This document shows positions 62,667-64,000 of a DNA stretch of 64,000 nucleotides, in pieces. This DNA comes from Acidimicrobiia bacterium (GTDB lineage: Bacteria > Actinomycetota > Acidimicrobiia > Spongiisociales > ZC4RG35). The notes under the pieces are model-generated. The model worked only from the letters and a program-made list of their open reading frames with translations, searched no databases and had not been told where the DNA came from. The translations under genes were made by a program, and so were the position numbers. The stretch is taken from contig JAICNB010000002.1 in the NCBI GenBank assembly GCA_025928935.1, positions 7,496 through 71,495 on the forward strand, written 5' to 3'. Every line of letters begins with the position of its first letter. The stretch's first letter is position 1.

Positions 62667-63260
62667 TTACCCGCCGACCTCCTTTGTGAAGCGAGTCACC
62701 TCGATACCTGTGGCGGCGACCAGCCGCCCCAGCAGGTGGATGGGGAGCCCGACCACGGTGGAAGGGCTGCCCACGACCTTGGTGACGTACATCCCGCCCA
62801 TGCCCTGGAGGGCGTAGCCGCCGGCCTTGTCCAAGGGCTCACCGGTACCCACGTACCAAGCAATCTCCTCCTCGGTCATCGGGAGCATCGTCACCTTGCT
62901 GACGTCGACCAGCGACTCGAGCCGAAGAGCGCCGTCCAGCCACGCCACGGCGAGACCGGTGAGCACCTCGTGAGAGTCGCCCTGGAGTCGGCGCAGCATG
63001 GATCGCGCCTCTTCCGGGTGACCGGGCTTGCCCATGACCTTGCCCTCGTGGACCACTGCGGTGTCGGCAGCCACCACGATCAGCCCCTCGTCCGCGACCG
63101 CCCCTGCCTTGGCGCGTGCCACCCGTTCCACGTAGGAGGCCGGCTGCTCTTCGGGCAGTCTCGTCTCGTCGACATCCGGTGCCCGCACCTCGAAGTCGAG
63201 CCTGAGACGATCGAGCAGCTCCTTGCGTCGCGGGGAACCGGAAGCGAGCACCAGCCTCAT
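62667..63260 (-). CDS. maf: Maf-like nucleoside triphosphate pyrophosphatase
   Basis: MRLVLASGSPRRKELLDRL...GKP...GGYALQG. Confidence 0.9.
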   Translation of the reverse strand: MRLVLASGSPRRKELLDRLRLDFEVRAPDVDETRLPEEQPASYVERVARAKAGAVADEGLIVVAADTAVVHEGKVMGKPGHPEEARSMLRRLQGDSHEVLTGLAVAWLDGALRLESLVDVSKVTMLPMTEEEIAWYVGTGEPLDKAGGYALQGMGGMYVTKVVGSPSTVVGLPIHLLGRLVAATGIEVTRFTKEVGG

Positions 63261-64000
63261 CTCACCAGCCTGCCCATCCTGATCACCCTGGAGGGATGGG
63301 CGAGCACCCCCGGATCCACCGTGGGGTCCTCGCCGAAGAGGACAGCATTGGCAGGCTCCCCGACCTCGAAGGCCGCATCACGACCGGACGCCCGATAGCC
63401 CGACCACGAAATGGCATCGACCACTGCCGACGGCGCCATTCCCAGCTCCCACAGCCGCACCGCCTCACGTGCCACCTCATGGGTCATGATGGCCAGATCT
63501 GTGCCGGTGAGAACGTGGACACCCGCATCTACCGCCGTTTTCAGGTTGGCTGCGACGTTGTCGAGGCCCTCCGTGAGGAGACGGCCGCCGGACGACCGCT
63601 CTCCGAGCTGCTCGATCACTGCCTCCATCTGGATCACTGTCGGCACCCAACTGCCGCCACGCTCCCCGAGAACCTCGAGGTCACGAGACGAGAGAAAGAG
63701 CCCGTGCTCGATCGAGTCCGCACCGGCTTCGACCGCCATGGCCGGCACCTCCCGCGCCATGGTGTGCACCGCGACGCGGGCCCCGTTCGCCCGGGCCACC
63801 GCCACGGCCTGTGCCAGCTCGGCTTGGTTGAAGTTGACGACTGGGCCAATGCCCTTCCTCGGCCAGTCTCCGATCAGCTTCACCCAACCTCTCCCTTCAC
63901 GGGCCGCCCTCGCGACCTCGTCCACGATCCGGCCGGGAGCGACATCCCTGCCGAAACCGGCCCAATAGCCTCCTTCGACGGCGAGGATCACTCCGGCCGC
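63257..64000 (-). CDS. Metal-dependent amidohydrolase family protein, C-terminal part; 5' end outside the window
   Basis: The frame is open to base 64000. VAVHTMA...ADSIEHG...TGTDL... are typical amidohydrolase_1 metal-ligand blocks. ATGA overlap with maf. Confidence 0.75.
   Translation of the reverse strand, partial: AAGVILAVEGGYWAGFGRDVAPGRIVDEVARAAREGRGWVKLIGDWPRKGIGPVVNFNQAELAQAVAVARANGARVAVHTMAREVPAMAVEAGADSIEHGLFLSSRDLEVLGERGGSWVPTVIQMEAVIEQLGERSSGGRLLTEGLDNVAANLKTAVDAGVHVLTGTDLAIMTHEVAREAVRLWELGMAPSAVVDAISWSGYRASGRDAAFEVGEPANAVLFGEDPTVDPGVLAHPSRVIRMGRLVR

Overview
High-G+C, densely coding chromosomal segment of actinobacterial type; the exact taxon cannot be established from this window. 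I support about 60 protein-coding genes, 5 decayed gene remnants, and several promoters, operators and hairpins. I found no rRNA, tRNA, CRISPR array, transposase or integrase. Many genes overlap by 1 or 4 nt (ATGA or TGATG), so operons are tightly coupled. Gene identities rest on motifs I recognise in the supplied translations; no database search was run.

Blocks from left to right:
(1) 1-1050: 3' end of class II ribonucleotide reductase nrdJ.
(2) 1998-2565: a decayed DUF222/HNH gene.
(3) 2797-6458: an ECF41 sigma-factor module with divergent consensus ECF41 promoters.
(4) 6489-11807: VOC protein, acyl-CoA synthetase, dehydrogenases and an MFS transporter.
(5) 11989-19682: an envelope/redox neighbourhood. 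It holds a fasciclin lipoprotein, an OmpR/HK two-component system, a molybdopterin oxidoreductase with an FNR-like reductase, a META-domain gene with an in-frame TGA, membrane proteins and an F420-type LLM oxidoreductase.
(6) 19850-27898: two convergent, uncharacterised hydrolase/oxidoreductase operons headed by an orphan peptide-type ABC ATPase.
(7) 28146-28975: an RRM RNA-binding protein and a small charged protein.
(8) 28985-42565: an L-arabinose / beta-L-arabinofuranoside utilisation locus (araR-araD-araB-araA, sugar ABC importer without an ATPase gene, GH127).
(9) 42609-45957: a cyclase fusion protein, a cell-wall amidase, an ssuB-like remnant and a YihY/BrkB protein.
(10) 45988-49301: a YbhFSR-like ABC-2 exporter with two complementary-degenerate ATPases, a TetR gene and a promoter-overlapping palindrome.
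(11) 49348-52616: deoD-azlC-azlD-NCS2 purine permease.
(12) 52704-56240: thioesterase, nitroreductase and a DrrAB-like exporter.
(13) 56284-60013: hutU and hutG separated by small membrane-protein genes.
(14) 60068-64000: dusB, thioesterase, Thr-rich surface protein, maf and a partial amidohydrolase.

I found no clear novel multi-gene system such as a defence island. The most interesting signals are regulatory architecture, unusual domain and gene arrangements, and a pattern of gene decay.
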